Source of the DNA: an uncultured bacterium
GTDB taxonomy: Bacteria > JAJVIF01 > JAPKYR01
Direction of reading: 5' to 3'
DNA: 64,000 bases
Assembly: GCA_965369865.1 (NCBI GenBank)
Contig: CBDURU010000004.1
Location: forward strand, 7,201-71,200
Made by a program: the position numbers and the translations under genes
Notes under the pieces: generated by a model
Seen by the model: the letters and a program-made list of their open reading frames with translations, nothing else
Told to the model about the DNA's origin: nothing
Databases searched by the model: none
Shown here: piece by piece, positions 47,875 through 57,565 of the stretch
How the letters are laid out: each line of letters starts with the position of its first letter
How positions within the stretch are numbered: position 1 is the first letter of the stretch

Positions 47875-50040
47875 GTGTCCGGATCAAATAACTTATCCCT
47901 GCTTCTGGCATCAAACAATGATTCGCTTGCAAACGAATTAATTGATGCCGGTTTAAATATCTCCCGCAGTAGCGACGGTTTCGAAACTATCCGCATGGCC
48001 ATTGAATCGAACCCGGACGCGGTTATCCTTGACTGTAAAAACAATGGGCTTCCACCTCCTTCAGTGGCAATCTGGTTAAAACTGAACCCATCGACTCATT
48101 CACTCCCTGTCATAGGTTTAAACGGAGGTGAAATGTTCTGGCAGGAGGCTGTGATCGATGCGGAAATTCCGTATGGCGATTCAATCGACAAACTTGTCTC
48201 GATCACAGAAGAACTGGTCAGAAACAAACGTGTGCTCAGTGATCAGGATAAAAACGAGATAATTCAGAATTTTGATCCATTGGATATAACCCTGGACCTT
48301 ATTTCAACCTACCGGGAACGTCTCGGGCTGGCAAGTGCCATGATCGAGCTCGCAAGCCTTCAGCATGACCTTGGCGATTTCGAATACACGATTAAGTCAA
48401 TTCTTGAGGTGACCGGACATGCAATTGGAAGCAAGCTGGTAGCCCTTACGCTTATTCGAGAGCGTTCGCATTATATCCTGGTGCGCGGTAACGATTCCTG
48501 CGATTCAGATCTGGTAAAGCTCGAGGATTATTCCTTATCGAGACTAAACGAGTATATGGACAAACCGGTTGAAATTGACGACCAACTGGTTTTTGGACGT
48601 CGCAAGGTTAATAAAAATGCCGGGAATCCTGAGATTGAATGTAATTTTTTCGGGCATCCGATTTATTCAAGCGGTAAAACCCTCGGCTACCTGTCAGGTA
48701 TAATCGAAAACGATCATTCCACACAATATCTATATGATGGACTGCTTTCCGATCTGACCGCTCAAATCGCGCTTTTACTTGTTAACACCGAACTGATCGA
48801 AACACACGACAGCTATGTAGGTGAACTTTCGAAGGTGCTTCGAGCGGTCGTTGAGGTTTCAAGTATCAGCCCCCTGTCGGAAACCACATCGAAGGGCTTT
48901 CTCCTTCAGTTTCTCCTGATCGTTCTCGAACTCTGTAACACAAACAAGGGTTGCGTAATTCTTTACGATTCGGAAAGTGAGGAGATAGAAGATGTCGCCG
49001 CGCTTGGGGTGGAAGAGAATGAGATTCTCTCGTCCCGTATGGACCTTGGGAAGAGCCTCATAGAAACTCTACCGGAGTTGCCGAAATCGGAAGTTCATAT
49101 CGACACGGCAAATCTGGGGCACGGAAGAATATCCAGGCTTGTTGTGCCGCTTGCCGCAGGTGAGAAAATTATGGGCGGACTGGTTGTTCTTGGATTCCCG
49201 CTCAATTTAAGTCCCAGGATCATCAAGTCGGTTACCACACTGGCGACGCTGGCAGGGTACTTCCTCGACAATCGTGCCCTCCATCAACACAGTATAAAAA
49301 CATCGATTATGGAGGACCAGCTTAAGTTCGCCAGGGAAATCCAACTGGAAATGTTGCCCGACGGTAATCCCGAGTACCCCGGTTACGATATTTTTGGATG
49401 CAGTATTCCCGCTAAAGAAGTGGGGGGAGATTTCTTCGATTACCTGCGGCAGGACGGTCTACTGGGTATTTCGGTCGCGGATGTGTGTGGAAAAAGCATA
49501 CCCGCAAGCCTTTTAATGACAATGACACGTGCTCTCGTGCTCTCGGCATCCGAGTCTCGCGATCATCCCAACGAGGTCATGCAGTCGGTTAATGCACTGC
49601 TCACCCGGATAATTACCAGGGGTAAATTCGTGACGAGTTCGTTACTTTATATCTCTAAGGATAATATCGATTACGCGTCCGCAGGACACCAGCCTCTTCT
49701 TGTTTACCGCGCCGCAAATGATGAATTTGAAGAGATCGATCCCGATGGAGTAGCACTTGGAATTGTTGAGCATATGGATTTTGAACACGTCAATTTTAAG
49801 ATGAACGGCGGGGATATTGCCCTGATGTTCACTGACGGGCTTAACGAGGCAATGAACTCGAAGCGCGAGCAGTTCGGATACGAAAATATACGCACTATTA
49901 TCCGATCAAACTCGGCAAAAGGGGCGCAGGAGATTGTGGATACATTATTTAATGCCATCAGGAACCATGCCGGTGGCGCAGATCAGTTCGACGATACCAC
50001 TATTGTGATTATAAAGAAAATCAAAGAAGGGAATGAATGA
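47875..50040 (+). CDS. Receiver-like domain / GAF / PP2C (SpoIIE-RsbU family) serine phosphatase
   Basis: 721 aa from a GTG start. It has an N-terminal CheY-like segment (AVILDCK), central GAF-like regions, and a C-terminal PP2C domain (VGGDFFDYL, ISVADVCGKSIPASLLM, FTDGLNEA, QFDDTTIVI). Confidence 0.75.
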   Translation: MSGSNNLSLLLASNNDSLANELIDAGLNISRSSDGFETIRMAIESNPDAVILDCKNNGLPPPSVAIWLKLNPSTHSLPVIGLNGGEMFWQEAVIDAEIPYGDSIDKLVSITEELVRNKRVLSDQDKNEIIQNFDPLDITLDLISTYRERLGLASAMIELASLQHDLGDFEYTIKSILEVTGHAIGSKLVALTLIRERSHYILVRGNDSCDSDLVKLEDYSLSRLNEYMDKPVEIDDQLVFGRRKVNKNAGNPEIECNFFGHPIYSSGKTLGYLSGIIENDHSTQYLYDGLLSDLTAQIALLLVNTELIETHDSYVGELSKVLRAVVEVSSISPLSETTSKGFLLQFLLIVLELCNTNKGCVILYDSESEEIEDVAALGVEENEILSSRMDLGKSLIETLPELPKSEVHIDTANLGHGRISRLVVPLAAGEKIMGGLVVLGFPLNLSPRIIKSVTTLATLAGYFLDNRALHQHSIKTSIMEDQLKFAREIQLEMLPDGNPEYPGYDIFGCSIPAKEVGGDFFDYLRQDGLLGISVADVCGKSIPASLLMTMTRALVLSASESRDHPNEVMQSVNALLTRIITRGKFVTSSLLYISKDNIDYASAGHQPLLVYRAANDEFEEIDPDGVALGIVEHMDFEHVNFKMNGGDIALMFTDGLNEAMNSKREQFGYENIRTIIRSNSAKGAQEIVDTLFNAIRNHAGGADQFDDTTIVIIKKIKEGNE

Positions 50041-50819
50041 AAATGGCTGCAACCAAAACATCAAGGAAAAAAATCAGGAAAAGTACAACTCGAAAAAGTA
50101 CCGGAATTAAGAAATCGACAACGGTTAAGACTGTCGGAAAAAAATCCCGCACTAAAAAAACTACTTCAGGAACCAGGGCAAAATCATCCAACACTAAAAT
50201 TACAGCGACCCGCCCTGATGTTGTTGGACTTCCGGAACAGGATAAACACCTCGTTGGGAATGTACTCAACACCGAAACAACTCCTGGGATTATTCCGGAG
50301 TTGCCGATAGAGCCTGAACCACGCACCGACATTTCGATCGACCGGATCGCGTCAGAGATCTCGAGCACTGACACTGACTTCGGAAAAGGGTCGGAGCTGA
50401 ATACCGGGACAACCTCACAGGAAACCATGGTTACTGCGATTCTCCCTGATGGCGGTTTCGATATCAGCCGTAAGGTCCTTGCGCGAATCGCATCACTGGC
50501 CGCGAATGAGATCGATGGTCTCCTCCCTCCGCGCAACGATGCGTTTATTAAATTGATCGATTCTATGCATGGACGCACCGACGGCATAAAGGTCAATGTC
50601 GGGTCGACTGAAGCCGCGGTCGATATGCATATCCGTGTGCAATATGGAACCCATATCCCCGATGTGACCGAACGCCTTCGCGAAAACATCACCAGGCGTA
50701 TTCATCAAATGACCGGTCTCAAAGTCACGGAAATCAACATAAGGGTCCAGGATGTGACAACGGCGGATGATCCTCAGCCTGAAAAAACTGCCGGTGATCG
50801 GCATGCAACTGCTTTGTAG
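50037..50819 (+). CDS. Asp23/Gls24-family (DUF322) protein with a Lys/Thr/Arg-rich N-terminal tail
   Basis: 260 aa. The C-terminal half (ISRKVLARIASLAANEIDGL...EINIRVQDV) matches the alkaline-shock-protein-23 family. The first about 70 aa are highly basic (KKIRKSTTRKSTGIKKSTTVKTVGKKSRTKKTTS). The start overlaps the upstream stop (ATGA). Confidence 0.6.
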   Translation: MKMAATKTSRKKIRKSTTRKSTGIKKSTTVKTVGKKSRTKKTTSGTRAKSSNTKITATRPDVVGLPEQDKHLVGNVLNTETTPGIIPELPIEPEPRTDISIDRIASEISSTDTDFGKGSELNTGTTSQETMVTAILPDGGFDISRKVLARIASLAANEIDGLLPPRNDAFIKLIDSMHGRTDGIKVNVGSTEAAVDMHIRVQYGTHIPDVTERLRENITRRIHQMTGLKVTEINIRVQDVTTADDPQPEKTAGDRHATAL

Positions 50820-50865
50820 CGCCAGGCCTGGATAAAACCAATCGAGGGCGAACAAGCAGGTTGTT

Positions 50866-53800
50866 ATGGGTAAATTTACAAAAATATGCAGCATCGGATC
50901 AAACTGGATCTCAATCCTGAGATCCAGTAAGAACAGCATGCTTTTCGTAATGGTGATCGCCTGTTTTTCCCTGCTGTTGTATTCAGGTATCGTTTACTTC
51001 TCAACAACCAACCGGGTCATGGAACGACAGGTTATTAACCTTGCCATTTCAAGCCTGGTTGCGACTCTCAGCAACGCCTATCCCTCAGCGATTAACAGTT
51101 TCGCCGCCGGTTCCAGCAATATTGAGGTTATTGAATCCCTGCAGAATCCTGCAGCCGATCACACCAACGCTGACCATTTCATCCCTTTCATCCTGATCGG
51201 TAATATGGAAATCATCGGTGGAAGTAATCTTCCCAATCATATAGAGGCCGACCTGGTGAAGGTTTTAAGTGCGGACCCTTTTTCCCGGAACCGATTCCCG
51301 TTGGGTGATGAATATGCCGATTCATACATTGTGAAATCAGGCAGAGGTCTGTTTGTTGCAGTAGTCTCACCGGTTACCGAATCCGGCGTGCGGATCGGTT
51401 TGCTGCGCGATATCAAATACCTGCTTTCCTTCGCAGGAAAAATCGAACGTGCTCTTATCGGTTACATGGTCCTGGCTTATCTGGTGTTAATGGTACTCCT
51501 CGTCATTGTACTAAAGATTATCACAAAGCCCCTGGTAACCCTCACCGCTGCCGCAGAGCGTTATGCTAAAGGGGATTTTGATTTCACTGTAGCTGTCCAA
51601 ACCGGTGTCACTGAAATGATAATACTGACCGACGCGTTCAATCGCATGGGAGAAGAGCTTAAACTCCAGCATCAATCGCTCGAGGCGTATTCCAACAAGC
51701 TTGTCGAAGCGAATCGCAAGGTGAGTTCGGTAGTTGAAAAACTCAGCATTCGGAATTCTGAACAACAGGTGATGATCGAAGCATCCCTTAAGGCCAATAA
51801 GCTTGCAACGTCCAATGACGTGGTCAGGATGATGATGGAGCTGCTGAGGGATAATCTCAATCTGGAACACCTTGTTTATTTCCTTGAAAATGAAAATGAA
51901 GAATTAATTCCAATGGCTTATCCATGGCTAACTGATCCAGACATGGATACGATAGATGAAAAAACATTTAATGCGGTAAAAGCCTGCCTGGATACCCTCG
52001 AACCACAAATTGTCCCGGCTGTCCGGGAGGGAGCGTTCCATCTTAATATGTTAAGCGACAAGCTCTATATTCCTGTCTCAAATATACTTGGCAGACTGGG
52101 GGTACTTGAACTCACTTCCGACATTGGAAAATCATTCGATCCTGAGACTCAACAGTTCTGCATGCATTTTATTACCCACATGGAAGTAATTATCAGGAAC
52201 AAATCCCTGTACCATGAGACAATTCGAAGGAGCCACGAACTCGAACGAATCAACCAGATCTCTCAGGCAATTTCCGGAAAGCTTGATATGGAGCCGCTTA
52301 TCAGGGATGTTGTCGAATACACCGAGAGCACTATCAAGGCCGATTGTGCATTCGTAGGGCTTATCGTGAGATCCAGGCTTGAAATTATGCATATACAGCC
52401 CGATGTACCGGGTATCGAATCCTGGGCCGTGGATATTGATAAGAATAATATAATTTCCACAATCGTGAATTCGGCTCAGGAGCTGCTTATCAGCGATATC
52501 CATGATAGCGTGGATTATTTCGATGAAATAAACAGCCCTTTCATCAAAGCTAATGGTTTTAATTCAATTATTGGCTGTCCGATTCTCAACAAGGGCCAGG
52601 TTACCGGTGTTATCTGTGGATTTTCACACAAAACCAACGCGTTCACATCAAGCGACGCCTATTTCCTTGGCCTTCTGGCAAGCCAGGTTGCCATCGCACT
52701 GGAGAATGCCAGGTTGTTTGATGAGATTCTGACTCGAGACAAACGAAGGGATCATCAGCTCAAGATGGCTCAGAAACTCCAGGCTGACCGAATGCCGGCC
52801 TTCTTCAAGCAGAATGTCGCCGCGGTAAGCTGTGAACTTCAGCCTGCCGATGAGCTTGCCGGTGATTTCTGTGATGTATTCTCTCTGGGTCGTCACTCGA
52901 TTGCCATTGTTATCGGTGACGTTGCCAATAAGGGTGTTGCCGCAAGCCTGATGACATTCAGCATTCTCTCCATGTTCAGAAACGTTGCTAAAACCCTTAA
53001 ACCCCCATGCGATATCCTCGACACGATTAACCGTTCACTGATCGGTCAGGTCAAAGAGGAAGGCTGGTTCGCCACAGCTTTTTACGGTAAGCTAAACACA
53101 AATACAGGCACTTTCACGTACTCTTCGGCAGGACACGAGCAGCCGATCTGGTATCATGCCGATACCGGTGAAGTTGAGAAACTTGATGTTGAGGGTTATC
53201 CGCTTGGACTCTTCAAGTGCTTCACCTATGAAACCGGCGAATTTGTATTGAAAAAGGGTGATCGGATCGTTTTTTATACCGATGGGGTCACTGACGCGGT
53301 CGATGAAAATAATAAGCGTTTCGGCCACCATAGACTGCTTGGTTTTGTCGCTGACAGTGGACATCTTTCAGCCGAGGAATTCACCTCAACCCTGGTAAGG
53401 AAGGTCGAAGAATTTACAGGGGGACGTAAGCAGAAAGACGATATAATCGTTTCGATGCTGGAAATGCAGGAGGACCCCTGGATACATAAGTCAGTTAAAT
53501 TCTCGGAATCCGCCCAGCTTATACAGGACATCCTCGACGGGCTTGCCCCATATGAGCTTTCTCCTGAAGAAACTTATTCGATCCGCCTCGCGATTGATGA
53601 AGCCCTTGCAAATGCCTGGAAGCACGGACTCAATGAGGATGATCAGGCACCATTCAAAGTCAGTTACCTTATCGCAGATGAAGGATTCAGGATTCGGGTC
53701 ACAGATCCCGGTTCCGGTTTCGATCACGAAAGCCTGCCTGATCCGACCGTTCCCGAAAACCTGTATAAGGCCAACGGACGGGGCGTGTTCCTCATCCGCC

Positions 53801-54039
53801 AGATGATGGATGAAGTCGAATATAACAGTAATGGCAACGAAATTTCCGTAATGAAACGATTTGTGCCATCTGATGACCGCGGAGAGGGAACCTACGATGA
53901 CCTTGTCCTGCCTGCCAGGCTTGACATCGTTAAACAGCGGTCGTCCCTTGACAAGGCTAAAACCGCAGAAGCTTCCAATGAAGATGAGGTTTCGGAAGCT
54001 GATAAAGCTGATAATATTGTCAAGCCCCAATTCGATTAA
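50866..54039 (+). CDS. Membrane HAMP / GAF / PP2C phosphatase / HATPase_c (RsbW-SpoIIAB-like kinase) fusion protein
   Basis: 1057 aa. It has an N-terminal TM, a periplasmic segment, a second TM and a HAMP domain (TLTAAAERYAKGDFDFTV). GAF-like regions follow, then a PP2C domain (AGDFCDVF, IGDVANKGVAASLM, YTDGVTDA). The C-terminus is a GHKL ATPase of the anti-sigma-factor type (ALANAWKHG...DPGSGFD...GRGVFLIRQMMDEVEY). Confidence 0.75.
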   Translation: MGKFTKICSIGSNWISILRSSKNSMLFVMVIACFSLLLYSGIVYFSTTNRVMERQVINLAISSLVATLSNAYPSAINSFAAGSSNIEVIESLQNPAADHTNADHFIPFILIGNMEIIGGSNLPNHIEADLVKVLSADPFSRNRFPLGDEYADSYIVKSGRGLFVAVVSPVTESGVRIGLLRDIKYLLSFAGKIERALIGYMVLAYLVLMVLLVIVLKIITKPLVTLTAAAERYAKGDFDFTVAVQTGVTEMIILTDAFNRMGEELKLQHQSLEAYSNKLVEANRKVSSVVEKLSIRNSEQQVMIEASLKANKLATSNDVVRMMMELLRDNLNLEHLVYFLENENEELIPMAYPWLTDPDMDTIDEKTFNAVKACLDTLEPQIVPAVREGAFHLNMLSDKLYIPVSNILGRLGVLELTSDIGKSFDPETQQFCMHFITHMEVIIRNKSLYHETIRRSHELERINQISQAISGKLDMEPLIRDVVEYTESTIKADCAFVGLIVRSRLEIMHIQPDVPGIESWAVDIDKNNIISTIVNSAQELLISDIHDSVDYFDEINSPFIKANGFNSIIGCPILNKGQVTGVICGFSHKTNAFTSSDAYFLGLLASQVAIALENARLFDEILTRDKRRDHQLKMAQKLQADRMPAFFKQNVAAVSCELQPADELAGDFCDVFSLGRHSIAIVIGDVANKGVAASLMTFSILSMFRNVAKTLKPPCDILDTINRSLIGQVKEEGWFATAFYGKLNTNTGTFTYSSAGHEQPIWYHADTGEVEKLDVEGYPLGLFKCFTYETGEFVLKKGDRIVFYTDGVTDAVDENNKRFGHHRLLGFVADSGHLSAEEFTSTLVRKVEEFTGGRKQKDDIIVSMLEMQEDPWIHKSVKFSESAQLIQDILDGLAPYELSPEETYSIRLAIDEALANAWKHGLNEDDQAPFKVSYLIADEGFRIRVTDPGSGFDHESLPDPTVPENLYKANGRGVFLIRQMMDEVEYNSNGNEISVMKRFVPSDDRGEGTYDDLVLPARLDIVKQRSSLDKAKTAEASNEDEVSEADKADNIVKPQFD

Positions 54040-54148
54040 TAATTCCCAACTGGCCAACCTGGGTGGTAAATAAAAATTCTCAAACATCGATGTTCAGGGG
54101 ATTTAATGTTGTTAGAGGTGTTTCATGCTGCTATAATCGCTCTGAACA

Positions 54149-55603
54149 TTGGGAGGACCCGTTATTATGAACAGGTATCTTACCTACCAGGAAGGGGAGT
54201 TCCTCTTCGAAGATGTAGCCTTGAGCGAGATCGCGGAAGAAATGTACACTCCGTTCTACGTGTACTCCAAGGCGGCGATATTTGAAAAAGTTGAGGCCTT
54301 CAAGCAGGCTTTTAACGATGTAAAGCCCATGATGACTTTCAACATGACGGCTCTCGACACCACGTTGATCCTGAAAATGCTGCAGGAGCGTGGATGTTCC
54401 CTCGCTGTCTCGAACCTGTCGGAGCTGAAACGGGCTATCGCCATCGGCTTCCCGCCAACATCAATCATTTTTAACTCATGCGGTGTCGCGGATCACGAAA
54501 TATCCGACCTCCTTAAAATCAAACCATTAATAATAAATGTCAGCAGTATTTTTGAGCTCGAACCTCTCAATACGTTTGGTGTAAAACTGGACACTGGCGT
54601 CAGGGTCGGGCTCAGGATCAATCCTGGAATAGATGTCGGAGGACTGGAAGGCGCGAACTCAGGCGCATCCGACAGCCGCGTCGGCATACAGAAAAATGAG
54701 TTAGATCTCGCGCTGGCTATGATCGAAAAATTTCCGCAGCTTAATTTTGTGGGGATCGCCTGCGACTTGGGCAGCCAGGTTGCCACACTCGCCCCCTGGA
54801 TCAAAATGTCCCAGGACATGGCCGCTCTCTACAAGGAAATTAAAAATAAGGGGCATAATCTCGAATACCTCAACCTCGGTGGTGGATTCCCCGCAGCTTA
54901 CAAGGATGTCGATTACCTTGAAATAAAGAAAATCGCGCGGAATATTATCCCCCATGTGGAGGATATCGAGTGTTGTATCGTTCTACAGCCTGGACGATAT
55001 TTCACCGCTGAATCAGGGGTTCTGGTTACTTCCGTGCTTGGTGTAAAGGAAGCCGGTGCTAAAAAGTTCATCATCTGCGATGCTGGATTTTCCGAGTTTC
55101 CACGTTCCGCTCTGTACCGGATAAACCATGAAATCGTACCGGTCAAAGAACCCGCTGCTCCCATACCTGAACAAGCGTCCGCATTCGGAATTGGCGGAGA
55201 TTCGACAGATCCTGTCGATGCAGCTACCGGCATGCACGATCCGGGTGAAATAATGGACCGTTCTGAATTGCCCGGTGAAGATGCGGTTGCCCCCCTGGCC
55301 GCGGAGCAGACCGAAGTCCCCTCAACTCCCGGTGACGCGGAAACGGTCCAACTGGTAGGGCCGGGTTCCGATGGACTTGATTATCTCGCCAGGGATGTCG
55401 AGATGTTTATTCCCGAAAGAGGCGACCTGCTTGCTGTCCTGAATGTCGGCGCCTACGGCAGGACGATGTCGAATAATTTAGAGTCAAGGCTCAAGCCCCC
55501 TGAAATTTTGATCGAACGGGATAAGTTTGAACTCATCAGGGAACGCGAAGTAACCGACGACCTGATTGGTCTTGACCTTGAAGAAAGCGGCATCGAGGTT
55601 TAG
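54149..55603 (+). CDS. Fold-type III PLP-dependent decarboxylase homolog (LysA/ODC family) with divergent active-site motifs and a C-terminal insertion
   Basis: 484 aa. A TIM-barrel N-terminal domain (TPFYVYSKAAI) is followed by DLGSQ, GGGFP and a beta-sandwich C-terminal domain (GAYG, GPGSDGLD). The low-complexity insert PAAPIPEQ...AETVQL sits before the GPGSDGLD motif. Confidence 0.65.
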   Translation: MGGPVIMNRYLTYQEGEFLFEDVALSEIAEEMYTPFYVYSKAAIFEKVEAFKQAFNDVKPMMTFNMTALDTTLILKMLQERGCSLAVSNLSELKRAIAIGFPPTSIIFNSCGVADHEISDLLKIKPLIINVSSIFELEPLNTFGVKLDTGVRVGLRINPGIDVGGLEGANSGASDSRVGIQKNELDLALAMIEKFPQLNFVGIACDLGSQVATLAPWIKMSQDMAALYKEIKNKGHNLEYLNLGGGFPAAYKDVDYLEIKKIARNIIPHVEDIECCIVLQPGRYFTAESGVLVTSVLGVKEAGAKKFIICDAGFSEFPRSALYRINHEIVPVKEPAAPIPEQASAFGIGGDSTDPVDAATGMHDPGEIMDRSELPGEDAVAPLAAEQTEVPSTPGDAETVQLVGPGSDGLDYLARDVEMFIPERGDLLAVLNVGAYGRTMSNNLESRLKPPEILIERDKFELIREREVTDDLIGLDLEESGIEV

Positions 55604-55688
55604 GTAAATCCAATTAAACAAGTACGTCGTATTGGTAAACGATTGCTTACAGACTTGTCTGGGGATTTATCCTGTCGAGGTAACCGCA

Positions 55689-56564
55689 CTACTTTTCTGG
55701 CTTCAGAACTTTTTTAACGCTTGAATACGCCATAAACCCGGTAATTACGATCGTTATTAACATTACCAGGATGACTAGAAGAATATCAATTACTGGTATT
55801 CCACCAGATACAAGGAGACTATATAATCCTGCCCAATTAACAAGAACAACGTTAATAAACCAGAATATAATCCCAATGCATCCAAAAATTATGTAACTCA
55901 AGATTACATTCCTGAATCTAAGGCTCGTGAAGATCGCCAGCAATGCGTAACTTACCATCAGACCCACATGGACCAGGAGAGAAACGGATAACTGGAATGG
56001 ACCAGGCCCGGGCAGGCAGAATATAAACGGATTGTGTGCATAAAAAGCAGATATGCTGTAAAACAGCCGGGCAACCAACGTTACTGTCGGATAAATGGCA
56101 AACGATATCATCTGCAAAACTACCAGGGATTTAAATCCGTCCATTGGGTTTTGACTGATAAGATTGAGCTTCCCGCTGTCCGCATCATGCCTCATAAGTA
56201 ACCGTCCCGGCCAGTGAAGTATCCAGATCGCGTAGAGAAATCCTGCAAACAGCACAAAATATATAGGTGTCAATCCGGGTGCAAGCCGGCTCAGGGGATT
56301 AATGTAGATAGGATTGCCCTGCGTTCCATAAATATAGATCGCCGGAAGGATGATCAGGTAGATCAGCTCGAAAATGAGACCGGTATTTCTGACAGGTTCG
56401 TCTTCGATCATTTTTCTGGCCAGAATCGACAGGAACGGATCCTTGCTCCGGCTTATCAACCTGAGCAATTGAAGGCGTGGTGAAAATCTCGCTAACCCTG
56501 TAAGTTCAATTTCCGAAATACCGGAGGTTTGACTCACAGTGGAGTCGGATTGTGTAGTTACCAT
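55689..56564 (-). CDS. Hypothetical polytopic membrane protein
   Basis: 291 aa with about 7 hydrophobic helices. No family was recognised. Confidence 0.45.
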   Translation of the reverse strand: MVTTQSDSTVSQTSGISEIELTGLARFSPRLQLLRLISRSKDPFLSILARKMIEDEPVRNTGLIFELIYLIILPAIYIYGTQGNPIYINPLSRLAPGLTPIYFVLFAGFLYAIWILHWPGRLLMRHDADSGKLNLISQNPMDGFKSLVVLQMISFAIYPTVTLVARLFYSISAFYAHNPFIFCLPGPGPFQLSVSLLVHVGLMVSYALLAIFTSLRFRNVILSYIIFGCIGIIFWFINVVLVNWAGLYSLLVSGGIPVIDILLVILVMLITIVITGFMAYSSVKKVLKPEK

Positions 56565-56662
56565 CGTCCTTTTTCCCTTCCAATCTCCACATATTCAAAG
56601 GCTTCAGTATACTACCAGACCTGAGTAACCTTCCCAGGAATGAAATATTACTACTATTTCAG

Positions 56663-57565
56663 GTGCTAAAGCAAAAAGCTTTGTATAATAAAGTGACTAT
56701 GGGAACGGTTGAGGTTTCAAAATTCGCTTTTAAACCTGTACAAAAAAGTTCCGGCAGTGAATCTCCGTCGCGGGTGATTTTCAACTATGCATACCGTCGA
56801 ATCTGGTCGGGTAATGGACTCTGGATTTTCGAGACCGTCCTGTGGTGCCTTGCTGGTGCTTATGTCGCGTTCTGGATTTTCGATCTCACAAGTTATCTGC
56901 TCGATTCAATTTTAGAATCTGTCTGCCGGGGCGGTTTACCGGCATTAACGCCGATCATTATCGGCATCGCTATTTATAAGGCTCAGGTGAATATCGGAAC
57001 GGGAGATGAGTCGCTGAGAGGAGTGCCTTTGAGGGGATATCAGGTCGTGGGTCCGAGGTTCCTGGCGGTATTTTTAACTTGGTTACAGATAATGGCACCT
57101 ATGGTGGTGGTTTTAATCGTTATCATTCTGGGTATGATTTCAGAAACTACCTACTTTTCCTATAATCCCATTCCGGTTTTTTCTATGAGTTACATTTTCA
57201 TCACATGGATCGCCGGCGATAATATTTTTGCAAACATCTCGAATTCTGTCCATACAGGTGAAATAACTCCAGTAGTTATTCTCTTTTTACAGGCCCTTGG
57301 GTGGGGGCTAGTACCCATCTCCTGGGGATTGATCTGGGCTACGGTCTACCAGCGACATGGAGGACCGTTCCTGCTAGCCTTTCTCCTTTACCTCCTTATC
57401 CCGGCGGTATATTTCTCTGCCATTTACTGGAATGTTTTTGGGTCATATTACGAAGATCAATCCCTGTTCTGGACATTAGTTTATATATACGTGTTTGGAT
57501 TTTTACTCCTTGCGGCACTTTTTTTCCGAATAGCCTGCACTTTATGGGACAGGAGGTCTGGATGA
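56663..57565 (+). CDS. Hypothetical polytopic membrane protein
   Basis: 300 aa with multiple TM helices. Its stop overlaps the next start (ATGA). Confidence 0.45.
   Translation: MLKQKALYNKVTMGTVEVSKFAFKPVQKSSGSESPSRVIFNYAYRRIWSGNGLWIFETVLWCLAGAYVAFWIFDLTSYLLDSILESVCRGGLPALTPIIIGIAIYKAQVNIGTGDESLRGVPLRGYQVVGPRFLAVFLTWLQIMAPMVVVLIVIILGMISETTYFSYNPIPVFSMSYIFITWIAGDNIFANISNSVHTGEITPVVILFLQALGWGLVPISWGLIWATVYQRHGGPFLLAFLLYLLIPAVYFSAIYWNVFGSYYEDQSLFWTLVYIYVFGFLLLAALFFRIACTLWDRRSG

Noticed and set aside
57301-57561. N-terminal 87-codon extension of the secreted protein ORF (listed as 57301-58557)
   Set aside because: The extension overlaps the upstream membrane-protein gene in another frame. The ATG at 57562 has a strong AGGAGG RBS and is followed immediately by a signal peptide, so the shorter form was chosen.
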